Assembly: GCA_035530075.1 (NCBI GenBank)
Contig: DATKVM010000005.1
Span: 22,823 to 86,822, forward strand
Source: Patescibacteria group bacterium
GTDB taxonomy: Bacteria; Patescibacteriota; Microgenomatia; UM-FILTER-40-11
DNA length: 64,000 bases
Direction of reading: 5' to 3'
The translations under genes were made by a program, and so were the position numbers. Below, one piece after another: positions 55,900 through 64,000 of the stretch (position 1 is the stretch's first letter; every line of letters starts with the position of its first letter). The notes below the pieces were generated by a model. That model did no database searches, was not told where the DNA came from, and worked only from the letters and a program-made list of their open reading frames with translations.

Positions 55900-56448
55900 T
55901 TATTCCTTCACCAAAGGCATACCTAACTTAGTTAATAACATTCTGGCTCTTTTATCATCAGTTGCATTAGTCACAATCGTCACCTGCAGTCCCCGAACCT
56001 TATCGATTTTGCCAAAATCGATTTCCGGGAAAACAATCTGTTCGCTAATCCCCAGGCTGTAGTTACCCCGACCGTCAAAACCCGAGAGGCTCAAGCCACC
56101 AAAGTCTCTTACCCGAGGTAGAACAACAGTAAAAAGCTTTTCCAGAAAGGTAAAAGCTCGTTTACCTCTTAAGGTCACGCATAGACCAATCGGCTGGCCT
56201 TTACTCAGCTTAAAGCCAGCGATTGACTTTTTCGCTCGACAAAGTTTAGGCTTCTGGCCGGAAATTACCGCCAGTTGCTCCCCCACCGATTCAATTACCT
56301 TTTTGTCTTCCTTTGCCTCCTTAAGGCCAATATTCAAGACTACCTTGATAATCCGCGGTACGGCCAGCGGGCTTTTTACTCCCAACTCCTTCTGGAGATC
56401 GGGAATAACCTCTTGACGATATTTCTCAACTAAACTTTTTACTTCCAT
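55900..56448 (-). CDS. rplE: 50S ribosomal protein L5
   Basis: Start set at the [13 protein letters not shown] behind RBS AAAAGAGG. The track's longer N-terminus would overlap rplX. Confidence 0.85.
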   Translation of the reverse strand: MEVKSLVEKYRQEVIPDLQKELGVKSPLAVPRIIKVVLNIGLKEAKEDKKVIESVGEQLAVISGQKPKLCRAKKSIAGFKLSKGQPIGLCVTLRGKRAFTFLEKLFTVVLPRVRDFGGLSLSGFDGRGNYSLGISEQIVFPEIDFGKIDKVRGLQVTIVTNATDDKRARMLLTKLGMPLVKE

Positions 56449-56461
56449 TTTTACCTCTTTT

Positions 56462-56776
56462 TTAAATTTGAGCCCGACAACGACGGCAAATCCGGACCTT
56501 CCCCTCGGCCGTCCCGGCATAAAGGGGTCGGGTGATTTTAGCACACTTTGGGCAAATTAGAGCCACTTTAGTCCCGGCCAAAGGCCGACTTTGGCTGATA
56601 ATTCCTCCCGCTTTATCATTTTCCCCTCTGGGCTTAGTGTGTTTTTTATAGAGATTCAATCCCGCCACTAAGACCGTCCCTTTCTTGGCAAAAACTTGGT
56701 CAATACTCCCTGTTTTACCTCGGTCCTTGCCGAGCAAAATTTTGACTTTATCACCTTTTTTTAATTTCATTTTCAT
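56462..56776 (-). CDS. rplX: 50S ribosomal protein L24
   Basis: KOW motif KKGDKVKILLGKDRGKTG. Confidence 0.85.
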   Translation of the reverse strand: MKMKLKKGDKVKILLGKDRGKTGSIDQVFAKKGTVLVAGLNLYKKHTKPRGENDKAGGIISQSRPLAGTKVALICPKCAKITRPLYAGTAEGKVRICRRCRAQI

Positions 56777-56815
56777 CTCCTGATAGTCTTTTCGCCTTTT
56801 TTGGTTTTCGACTTT

Positions 56816-57184
56816 TTAGTACATCTCCTTCGCTTGGGAGGCAATTTTAGTAAAATCAGCTTCTCTCACTTCCCGGGCAATTGGGCCAAAAATCCGGGTT
56901 CCCCGTGGGTTACCGTCTTTGTCAATAACGACTCCGGCATTATCATCAAAGCGAATGTAGCTCCCATCCGGCCGGCGAACTGGTTTTTTGGTTCGAACAA
57001 CTAAAACTCGCACAATTTCGCTATCTTTAACCACCCCATTAGGATCAGCTTGATCAACTACCGCCGCCACAATATCACCAAGCGCGCCGGTTGCTCGCTT
57101 GAAACCCCCGTAGATGTGAATCACTCTTAATCTCTTCGCTCCGGTATTATCGGCGGGGGTGAGAATAGTTCTTAGCTGAATCAT
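56816..57184 (-). CDS. rplN: 50S ribosomal protein L14
   Basis: MIQLRTILTPADNTGAK N-terminus. Confidence 0.9.
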   Translation of the reverse strand: MIQLRTILTPADNTGAKRLRVIHIYGGFKRATGALGDIVAAVVDQADPNGVVKDSEIVRVLVVRTKKPVRRPDGSYIRFDDNAGVVIDKDGNPRGTRIFGPIAREVREADFTKIASQAKEMY

Positions 57185-57471
57185 TTTTCTTTTACCTCCC
57201 GTTTTTTGCCGGCCACTTTCTTGGCTTTGACCGGTTCGGCGTCTGGACTTAAAATTTCCGTTACTTTAAAACTGATTGTCCGGGAAAAAGGCCGGGTTTC
57301 CGTAATTCTGACCAGTTGGCCCACCTGAGCTCCTAACTCATTGTTAGCGTGAATTTTCCTCTTGCTAGTCAATATCTTGCCATAAAGAGGGTGGCGGTAT
57401 TTACGTTCAACTAAAACAGTTACCGCCTTAATCATCCGGTCAGAAATGACTTTACCTTTAAATGTTTTCAT
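57181..57471 (-). CDS. rpsQ: 30S ribosomal protein S17
   Basis: Conserved S17 OB fold. Confidence 0.85.
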   Translation of the reverse strand: MKTFKGKVISDRMIKAVTVLVERKYRHPLYGKILTSKRKIHANNELGAQVGQLVRITETRPFSRTISFKVTEILSPDAEPVKAKKVAGKKREVKEK

Positions 57472-57670
57472 TGGGGAACCTCTTTTCTTGGATGATTGTT
57501 TTTATTACCGCCAGTTCATCCGCTTTGTTTCTGGCTAAACTAGTATTTTTTGTCTTCCCCAACTTAATTTCCATTCTGAGCCGCAAAATCTCTGCCTGCC
57601 TTTTTTCGGCTTCCCCGGCTAGTTCGGCTAAAGTTTTGTTCCTGATTTCTAACTTTTGCTTCTTTTTCAT
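57458..57670 (-). CDS. rpmC: 50S ribosomal protein L29
   Basis: Conserved L29 helical hairpin. Confidence 0.8.
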   Translation of the reverse strand: MKKKQKLEIRNKTLAELAGEAEKRQAEILRLRMEIKLGKTKNTSLARNKADELAVIKTIIQEKRFPNENI

Positions 57671-57678
57671 TTTTCCCC

Positions 57679-58086
57679 TTACTCTCTTTTTACAAATTTA
57701 GTCTTAATCGGCAACTTATCTGCGGCTCTTTTAAGAGCTTGAGCGGCTATCTCTTCGTTGACTCCGGCCAGTTCAAAAATAAGTTTTCCCGGGGTTACCG
57801 CCGCCACAAACCCTTGAACATCACCCTTGCCTCCGCCCATTCGGACACCAGCCGCTTTAGCCGTAATCGGGCGATCGGGAAAGATTCTAATCCAAACTTT
57901 ACCTTCTCTTTTGGTAAAATGGGCAACTGCTTTCCTGGCCGCCTCAATTTGAGCCGCCGAAACTTTACCGTGAGTGATTGCCTTGAGACCATATTCACCA
58001 AAGCTTACCCTTGCCCCTCGAGTAGCTAAACCACGATTTTTTCCCCGGAAAGTTTTCCGATATTTTTGTCTTTTAGGCGCTAACAT
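57679..58086 (-). CDS. rplP: 50S ribosomal protein L16
   Basis: Conserved L16 core. Confidence 0.9.
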   Translation of the reverse strand: MLAPKRQKYRKTFRGKNRGLATRGARVSFGEYGLKAITHGKVSAAQIEAARKAVAHFTKREGKVWIRIFPDRPITAKAAGVRMGGGKGDVQGFVAAVTPGKLIFELAGVNEEIAAQALKRAADKLPIKTKFVKRE

Positions 58087-58747
58087 TTTCTTCTCCTTGA
58101 TGAATCCAAACTTTTACACCGACATAACCGGAACGAGTGAGGGCCGGCACTTCGGCAAAATCAATTTTTGCCCTTATGGTTTGCAGGGGAACTTTCCCTT
58201 CGGTAAAAGTTTCCCGCCGGGCAATCTCGGCTCCGGCAATTCGGCCAGCAAGGATAATTTTAATTCCCTTGGCTCCCGCTGACATGGTCCTCTCAATCGC
58301 TTTTCTCACCACGTACCGATGCGGCATTCTTTTTTCAATCTGCTCGACAATCCTTTGGGCCACAAACATTGCTGAAAGGTCAGGATTCTTAACCTCCTCT
58401 GGAGAAACTTCCAAATTCTTTTCCGGTTCAGGAATCGAAACCATCTTCGCCAGCATCTTTTTCAGCTCTTCCAAACCGCTTCCTCCTCGACCAATCACTA
58501 CTCCCGGCCGAGTCACTTGGGGAACAACTCTAATTTTGTTAATTGACCTCTCAATTTTGACTCCCACTATCCCTGCCAACTTGAGCTTATTCATCAAAAA
58601 TTTTCTTAAAGCGATGTCTTCCAGCAAAACTTTTTTGAAATCTCTCTTGCTGGCATACCAATTAGAGCTCCAAGTATAAAGGCTGCCAATTCGAAAACTA
58701 ATAGGATGAACTTTTTTTCCCACTGTGCCCTCCGTTTTATCCGCCAT
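58073..58747 (-). CDS. rpsC: 30S ribosomal protein S3
   Basis: KH domain plus the S3 C-terminal domain. Confidence 0.9.
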   Translation of the reverse strand: MADKTEGTVGKKVHPISFRIGSLYTWSSNWYASKRDFKKVLLEDIALRKFLMNKLKLAGIVGVKIERSINKIRVVPQVTRPGVVIGRGGSGLEELKKMLAKMVSIPEPEKNLEVSPEEVKNPDLSAMFVAQRIVEQIEKRMPHRYVVRKAIERTMSAGAKGIKIILAGRIAGAEIARRETFTEGKVPLQTIRAKIDFAEVPALTRSGYVGVKVWIHQGEENVSA

Positions 58748-58783
58748 AGCCTTGGCAACGGCGGAAGTTTTGACGAAGGAGGA

Positions 58784-59230
58784 TTACTCCGCCTTCACCT
58801 TACTTTTTACTTTTTTACTAACTGCTTTCTTTTTAACTTCTGCCACTTTCGGCGCCTTTGCCGGCTCTTTTTTAACCTCAACCGGCTTCTCTTCCCCCGT
58901 CGCTAAAGTCAAAAAAATATGAGCCGTTTTCTTCCTGATAATGCCTCGGTCAAAACGAGCTCCGTGAGAGCGGTCAATTCTTTTAAAAACCGGTCCTTCG
59001 CCCACTTCGATCGTTTTAATCACGAACTTCTCCGGACTCAGCTTTAGATTGTTTTTGGCATTAGCCAGCCCCTGCTGGACCACTTTGCGCAAAAACTCAC
59101 TCCCTTCTTGGGGATAAGCTTTAAGTCTAACCAGGGCCTTTTCCGCCCTCATTCCTGGCAAGCCTCTCGTCAGCATTCTTAGCTTCCGGGGGCTTACTCT
59201 TAAATACTTGGCGCTGGCTTTCACTTCCAT
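58784..59230 (-). CDS. rplV: 50S ribosomal protein L22 with Lys-rich C-terminal tail
   Basis: Start set at the ATG MEVKASAKYLRVSPRK, 1 nt after the rpsS stop. Lys/Ala/Val-rich tail. Confidence 0.85.
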   Translation of the reverse strand: MEVKASAKYLRVSPRKLRMLTRGLPGMRAEKALVRLKAYPQEGSEFLRKVVQQGLANAKNNLKLSPEKFVIKTIEVGEGPVFKRIDRSHGARFDRGIIRKKTAHIFLTLATGEEKPVEVKKEPAKAPKVAEVKKKAVSKKVKSKVKAE

Positions 59231-59231
59231 C

Positions 59232-59516
59232 TTATGTTTTCTCCATTGTTCGTTTGACCACTTGCCCGTGGCCTCTAAAGGTCCGGGTAGCGGCAAACTC
59301 GCCCAAACGATGACCAACCATATCTTCAGTCACAAAAACTTCAATAAAGGCCCGGCCATTATGAATGGCAAAAGTATGGCCGACAAACTCAGGGGAAATC
59401 TGGGAAGACCGCGCCCAAGTTTTAATGGCTTCCTTTTTCCCACCCTCTTTCTGAGCGAGAACTTTCCTTAGTAAATTCTTATCAATGTATGGTCCCTTTT
59501 TAGCTGATCTTGCCAT
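59232..59516 (-). CDS. rpsS: 30S ribosomal protein S19
   Basis: [12 protein letters not shown]... N-terminus. Confidence 0.9.
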   Translation of the reverse strand: MARSAKKGPYIDKNLLRKVLAQKEGGKKEAIKTWARSSQISPEFVGHTFAIHNGRAFIEVFVTEDMVGHRLGEFAATRTFRGHGQVVKRTMEKT

Positions 59517-59521
59517 CTTAG

Positions 59522-60286
59522 TTACCTCACTGCAATGTTAGTGCCTTTCCTGCTTTTCAAGATAAACTTATGGCTGTATTTTACTCTCCGGCGAGTCTTT
59601 TTGCCCCTGGCGATTTTCCCCCATGGAGTCTTGGGGCTAGGCATACCAATACCGCTGCGTCCTTCTCCGCCCCCGTGGGGGTGAGAACGAGGGTTTTGGG
59701 CAACCCCTCTGACCGAGGGCCGAATCCCTCTTCGGCGGCTGTCGCCCGCTTTTCTTAATTTCTTTAATTTCTCTCCGGCATTTCCTAACTGGCCAATCGT
59801 CGCCCAAGCCTCCAAGAGAATTAATCTAATTTCTCCTGATGGCAGCTTAACTTGAGCCATCTGGTCCTCCTTGGCCAAAATCGTGGCCATCGTGCCGGCG
59901 CCTCGGACAATTTGGCCACCTTTTCCCACGGTGAGCTCAAGATTGTGAATGGGTGTTCCTATCGGAATTTGGCGTAAAGGTAAACTATTACCAATCTTAA
60001 TTTCGGCCTCTCGGCTGGCCATAATCTCATCGCCTGGTTGCAAACCCTCTGGCGCTAAAATATACCTTCTTTCGCCATCGGGATAAACTATCAAGGCAAT
60101 CTCTACGTTGCGAGTTGGGTCATACTCTAAAGCCTCAACTCGACCTTTCATCTCCCTTTTATCCCTCTTAAAATCAATTTTCCGCAAAAACCGTTTGCTG
60201 CCTCCCCCGCGATGGCGCACTGAAACTTGACCCCGGCTATCGCGGCCACCTCTTCTCCCAATCATTGTTTTTAATTTTTTGTTCAT
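59522..60286 (-). CDS. rplB: 50S ribosomal protein L2
   Basis: Start set at the ATG MNKKLK behind RBS AAGGAG (read from the sequence). The track start at 60322 would overlap rplW. Conserved RHRGGG and C-terminal HPHGGGEG. Confidence 0.9.
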   Translation of the reverse strand: MNKKLKTMIGRRGGRDSRGQVSVRHRGGGSKRFLRKIDFKRDKREMKGRVEALEYDPTRNVEIALIVYPDGERRYILAPEGLQPGDEIMASREAEIKIGNSLPLRQIPIGTPIHNLELTVGKGGQIVRGAGTMATILAKEDQMAQVKLPSGEIRLILLEAWATIGQLGNAGEKLKKLRKAGDSRRRGIRPSVRGVAQNPRSHPHGGGEGRSGIGMPSPKTPWGKIARGKKTRRRVKYSHKFILKSRKGTNIAVR

Positions 60287-60296
60287 TAGGTTCTCC

Positions 60297-60581
60297 TTAA
60301 GCCCCCGTTTCAAAAAGGTCAATTTTCTGGCCTTCTTTAATTAAAACGATGACCTTTTTCCAATCAGGTAACTGCCGCATTTTCCGGCTTCTTAAAGACC
60401 GTCTACTTTTACCCTTAACCGTCATCGTTCTGACGGCCAGAACATTAACTTTAAAGGTCTTCTCGATGAACTCTCTTAGCTCGTTTTTGTTTTTCCCCAG
60501 CGGAACGCCGAAGGTATACCAATTCTTCTTAGCCAGCTCCAGCGTCCTTTCGGTTATTACAGGCTTAATGTTATTCATCAA
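60297..60581 (-). CDS. rplW: 50S ribosomal protein L23
   Basis: Conserved L23 core. Confidence 0.85.
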   Translation of the reverse strand: MMNNIKPVITERTLELAKKNWYTFGVPLGKNKNELREFIEKTFKVNVLAVRTMTVKGKSRRSLRSRKMRQLPDWKKVIVLIKEGQKIDLFETGA

Positions 60582-61227
60582 CCCCCCTTCGCCCGTTAAA
60601 ACGGGCTTCTAGAGCCTTCAGGGCCGCTTCTGTGATCAAAACCAAATCTGCCAGTAAGAGGAAGTAAGGGTTCAAAGATTCCGTGTTTGAAACCGTGACG
60701 GCCTTTAAATTCCTCAAAGCTAGCCGGCCCTCTTCGCCCTTAGCCAAAAGAAAGACAATTTTACCTTCACTTTTTAAGCTTTGGCGAACTTTAGCCAGAA
60801 AGGCCGCCGCCTCTTTGGTTTTTTTCAAGTTCAAATCTTTCACTAAATAAATTTTCTTCTCCTTGGCCTTCTCGGCTAAAACCGCCAAAATCGCCCTTCG
60901 ACCCATTTTTCGGTTCAGCTTTTGGTGATAGTTTTGACCGCCAGTTGGGCCATGGGCAACTCCTCCGCCAACAAAGATTGGGGCTTGTCGGTCGCCATGG
61001 CGAGCGCGTCCCGTCCCCTTTTGCCGCCAAATTTTAGCCGTACTGCCACTCACTTCACCGCGGGTCTTAGCGTGCGCCCGAGCACGACGTTGATTCGCCA
61101 AAAAGACCCTCACTGCTTGAGTCACTAAATTAACTTTCCCGCTAACTTCGCTTGCCGCCGGGGCAAAAACAGCCTCACCGGCCACTTCTCCTTGAGAATT
61201 AATAATCGCAATCTTTAAGTTTTTCAT
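60571..61227 (-). CDS. rplD: 50S ribosomal protein L4
   Basis: Conserved L4 core. Confidence 0.9.
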   Translation of the reverse strand: MKNLKIAIINSQGEVAGEAVFAPAASEVSGKVNLVTQAVRVFLANQRRARAHAKTRGEVSGSTAKIWRQKGTGRARHGDRQAPIFVGGGVAHGPTGGQNYHQKLNRKMGRRAILAVLAEKAKEKKIYLVKDLNLKKTKEAAAFLAKVRQSLKSEGKIVFLLAKGEEGRLALRNLKAVTVSNTESLNPYFLLLADLVLITEAALKALEARFNGRRGVDE

Positions 61228-61682
61228 TTGGTTGCCTTTTCTATCTTTTTTAAGGTTAACCAGCTTTTTTTGACTCCGGGAACCGCGCCCCGGACATACA
61301 AAGTGTTATTTTCTCCATCAACTCTAGCGACCAAGAGGTTTTTCACCGTCGTTCTCGCTTGTCCCATTCGACCAGCCATTCTTTTCCCCCGCAAAACTCG
61401 GCCGGGCGTAGTGGTGGATCCAATGGAGCCAGGTGCTCTTTCCCGGTCAGATTGACCATGAGTGCGTGGTCCTCCGGCGAACCGGTACCTCTTGACCACC
61501 CCAGCAAAACCTTTACCTTTAGAAACGCCAATCACGGTGACCTGATCACCGGGTTGGAAAATTTCACTTAGCTTACCTTCTTTTCCCACCAGAGCAGTCA
61601 CCGGGAAATTTTTCCCGGCCTCATCAAAGAAGGTCTGCATTTCTCCTTTTTGGGCAATAATCTTTTGGTTTGTTGCGGTCAT
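61224..61682 (-). CDS. rplC: 50S ribosomal protein L3 (short form, 152 aa)
   Basis: Conserved L3 segments ([23 protein letters not shown]). Confidence 0.85.
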   Translation of the reverse strand: MTATNQKIIAQKGEMQTFFDEAGKNFPVTALVGKEGKLSEIFQPGDQVTVIGVSKGKGFAGVVKRYRFAGGPRTHGQSDRERAPGSIGSTTTPGRVLRGKRMAGRMGQARTTVKNLLVARVDGENNTLYVRGAVPGVKKSWLTLKKIEKATK

Positions 61683-61809
61683 AAAAAAATTAAGAGCGCC
61701 GGAAGCGCCCTTGACTCTCTTCTGAAATATGAATATTTAAGAAATCACACCTCCAAACGTATACCTAATTTTAGTATATTTTGCCTAAAATAGCAATGGA
61801 CTGCCCGCT

Positions 61810-62118
61810 TTACATTTTAATCTCGATGTCCACCCCCGCCGGCAACTCCATATGCTGCAAGCTTTCAATGGTTTTTTGGGTCGGCTCGGTAATATCGATT
61901 AGCCGCTTGTGGGTCAGCATTTCAAATTGCTCTCGAGCGTCCTTATCTGTATGAGGGCTTGTGGTCACGACAATCAATTTCCTCTCTGTTGGCAGAGGAA
62001 CCGGACCAACGATTTTCGCTCCGGAAAGCAAAGCCGTTTCCACAATCTTAGCGGCCGCCTCATCAACGACGCGGTGGTCGTAAGACTTAAGTCTGATGCG
62101 AATTCGTCCTTTTTGCAC
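61810..62118 (-). CDS. rpsJ: 30S ribosomal protein S10 (GTG start)
   Basis: [16 protein letters not shown], the S10 signature. Confidence 0.9.
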   Translation of the reverse strand: MQKGRIRIRLKSYDHRVVDEAAAKIVETALLSGAKIVGPVPLPTERKLIVVTTSPHTDKDAREQFEMLTHKRLIDITEPTQKTIESLQHMELPAGVDIEIKM

Positions 62119-62184
62119 TTTTTTAAAGGTTCTTTCCGGCCACTTCGAGCTAATTTCTAAATTATTATCGGTTATTCTTCTTAG

Positions 62185-62218
62185 CCATTAAAAATCCCCC
62201 TATCGCCATCGGGGGATT
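62185..62218 (-). terminator. rho-independent terminator or attenuator between tuf and rpsJ (GAAUCCCCC-N10-GGGGGAUU, then U-run on the minus strand)
   Basis: Read directly: 8 bp stem with a U-rich 3' tail on the transcribed strand. Confidence 0.55.
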
Positions 62219-62226
62219 CTACTCTC

Positions 62227-63420
62227 TTAAGCAAGAATCTTGGCAATTGCCCCGGCACCGACAGTATGACCGCCTTCTCTGATAGCGAAGCGCTGTCCTT
62301 CCTCCATCGCCACTGGAACAATCAGTTCAATTGTCATTTTGGCATTGTCCCCGGGCATAACCATTTCCACACCCTCGGGGAGAGTAACATTGCCGGTTAC
62401 ATCGGTTGTCCCAACGTAAAATTGGGGCCGGTAGCCACTAAAGAACGGGGTGTGACGACCGCCTTCTTCTTTAGTTAAAATGTAAACTCCCGCCTCGAAT
62501 TTGGTATGGGGAGTGATACTTCCGGTTTTAGCCAGAACTTGACCCCTTTCGACATCGTCTTTTTCAATTCCTCGAAGCAAAAGTCCGACGTTATCTCCGG
62601 CTTGACCTTCGTCAAGGGATTTACGGAACATTTCTACTCCGGTAATGACGGTCTTGGCCGTCGGCCGAATACCAATAATCTCCACTTCCTCATTAATCTT
62701 AATTTTGCCTCGGGCAATTTTCCCGGTGGCCACGGTTCCTCGGCCTTTGATGGAAAAAACATCCTCAATCGGCATCAAAAACGGTTTGTCAAGGTCGCGG
62801 GGAGGAGTAGGAATGTATTCATCAACCTTGTTCATTAACTCCAAAATTCCCTTTTCCGCTTCCGCATCCCCATTTAAAGCCTTTAGCGCCGAAACTCTGA
62901 CAATCGGAGTTTCATCACCGGGGAATTGATATTTCTTTAAAAGTTCCCGGATTTCCATTTCAACCAAATCTAAAAGTTCCGGGTCATCGACCATATCAAC
63001 CTTGTTTAAGGCGACAACCAGGGCGGGAACATTAACCTGTCGAGCAAGCAAAATATGCTCCCGAGTTTGAGGCATCGGGCCATCCGGAGCAGAAACCACC
63101 AAAATTGCTCCATCCATTTGGGCGGCACCGGTAATCATGTTTTTGATGTAATCGGCGTGACCCGGACAATCGATGTGAGCATAATGCCTTTTTTCGGTTT
63201 CATACTCTATGTGAGTAATATTGATGGTAACGCCTCTTTCTTTCTCTTCAGGAGCGTTATCAATATCAAAAAAGCCATATGCCTTAGTCGTAGCTCCTGG
63301 TTGCTTGGCTAAAACGGTGCTAATCGCCGCTGAAAGGGTCGTTTTCCCATGGTCAACATGACCAATAGTTCCAACGTTCAAATGCGGCTTCACTCTCTTG
63401 AATTTTTGTGCGTCTGCCAT
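62227..63420 (-). CDS. tuf: elongation factor Tu
   Basis: G1 [10 protein letters not shown]3 DCPGH, G4 NKVD. Near-identical to EF-Tu throughout. Confidence 0.95.
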   Translation of the reverse strand: MADAQKFKRVKPHLNVGTIGHVDHGKTTLSAAISTVLAKQPGATTKAYGFFDIDNAPEEKERGVTINITHIEYETEKRHYAHIDCPGHADYIKNMITGAAQMDGAILVVSAPDGPMPQTREHILLARQVNVPALVVALNKVDMVDDPELLDLVEMEIRELLKKYQFPGDETPIVRVSALKALNGDAEAEKGILELMNKVDEYIPTPPRDLDKPFLMPIEDVFSIKGRGTVATGKIARGKIKINEEVEIIGIRPTAKTVITGVEMFRKSLDEGQAGDNVGLLLRGIEKDDVERGQVLAKTGSITPHTKFEAGVYILTKEEGGRHTPFFSGYRPQFYVGTTDVTGNVTLPEGVEMVMPGDNAKMTIELIVPVAMEEGQRFAIREGGHTVGAGAIAKILA

Positions 63421-63518
63421 TTTTAGCGCCTCCTAGTACAAAAAATATTAATAATTTTTAATGCCCTCTTAAAACAATTCCCAAGAAAGGGCAATGGTAA
63501 CTGACTACTATATCAAAC

Positions 63519-64000
63519 TTAAATTCTTTTTGCAACAATTAAGTCGGTGATGTTTTTAGGCACTTCCTGATAATGGGATGGCTCCATATAATAACTCGCT
63601 CTTCCCTGGGTTAAACTACGTAAAGTGGTCGAATAGCCGGAAATCTCCGCCAAGGGGACCAGAGCCATAATAATTCTCGCTACACCTCGAACTTCGGTGC
63701 CTAAAATTTGGGCCCGGCGAGCCGAAAGGTCGCCAATCACTGTCCCCATAAATTCTTCCGGAGTCGTGACCTCCACTTTCATAATCGGTTCCAACAGGGT
63801 TAAATTCGCTTGCCGAGCGGCGGCCTGCAAAGCTTGGGAGCCGGCAATTTTAAAGGCAATTTCTGAAGAATCAACTTCGTGATAGGACCCGTCATAAACC
63901 ACCACTCTCATATCTACCACCGGGAAACCCGCCAAAACGCCGTTTTCCATCGCTTCTTTAACCCCCTTTTCAATCGGAGCAATAAACTCGTTCGGAATCG
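63519..64000 (-). CDS. fusA: elongation factor G, C-terminal part (5' region lies beyond the window)
   Basis: EF-G domain IV/V sequence ...[27 protein letters not shown]... The ORF is open to the window end. Confidence 0.85.
   Translation of the reverse strand, partial: IPNEFIAPIEKGVKEAMENGVLAGFPVVDMRVVVYDGSYHEVDSSEIAFKIAGSQALQAAARQANLTLLEPIMKVEVTTPEEFMGTVIGDLSARRAQILGTEVRGVARIIMALVPLAEISGYSTTLRSLTQGRASYYMEPSHYQEVPKNITDLIVAKRI

Overview
This 64 kb window reads as a small-genome bacterium of the Candidate Phyla Radiation (Patescibacteria); the lineage call is inference from gene content. Most genes are short and on the minus strand. The last ~18 kb is a complete S10-spc-alpha ribosomal superoperon in canonical order on the minus strand: fusA(partial)-tuf-rpsJ-rplC...rpsE-rplO-secY-adk-map-infA-rpmJ-rpsM-rpsK-rpsD-rpoA-rplQ, then rplM-rpsI. 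rpmD (L30) is absent and L3 is short, as in CPR lineages. The core also carries gltX, aspS, a short Rel/SpoT, recJ, cca, secDF, comM/yifB, uppP, rnpB RNA, miaA with a MiaB-like gene, rny, recA-recX, hupB, mltG, a type IV pilin, a secreted glycoside hydrolase, a TspO protein and a cupredoxin. Two tRNAs are present: tRNA-Gln(CUG) on the minus strand and tRNA-Pro(GGG) on the plus strand. Four regions look accessory or unusual. (1) A strongly AT-rich island at about 5.9-10.3 kb abuts the 3' end of tRNA-Gln. It encodes a divergently oriented protein with a variant PLD-like C-terminus, a tightly coupled Nudix / GHMP-superfamily (beta-RFAP-synthase-like) / P-loop NTPase operon, and a convergent JAB/MPN-like protein. 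(2) Imperfect direct repeats of about 55 bp bracket that three-gene cassette. A related CUGAGC...GGKCUAGAC...UUU motif recurs in another divergent intergenic region near 26.5 kb. (3) A PurF-like amidophosphoribosyltransferase has its catalytic Cys replaced by Ser. It sits between 64 bp imperfect direct repeats that both encode the mltG C-terminus, a signature of insertion with reconstitution of the target gene's 3' end, just downstream of tRNA-Pro. (4) A perm-perm-ATPase-perm-perm ABC-2 cluster looks like a tandem duplication of a permease pair around one ATPase. A Nudix gene is also split by a frameshift in an A6 tract.
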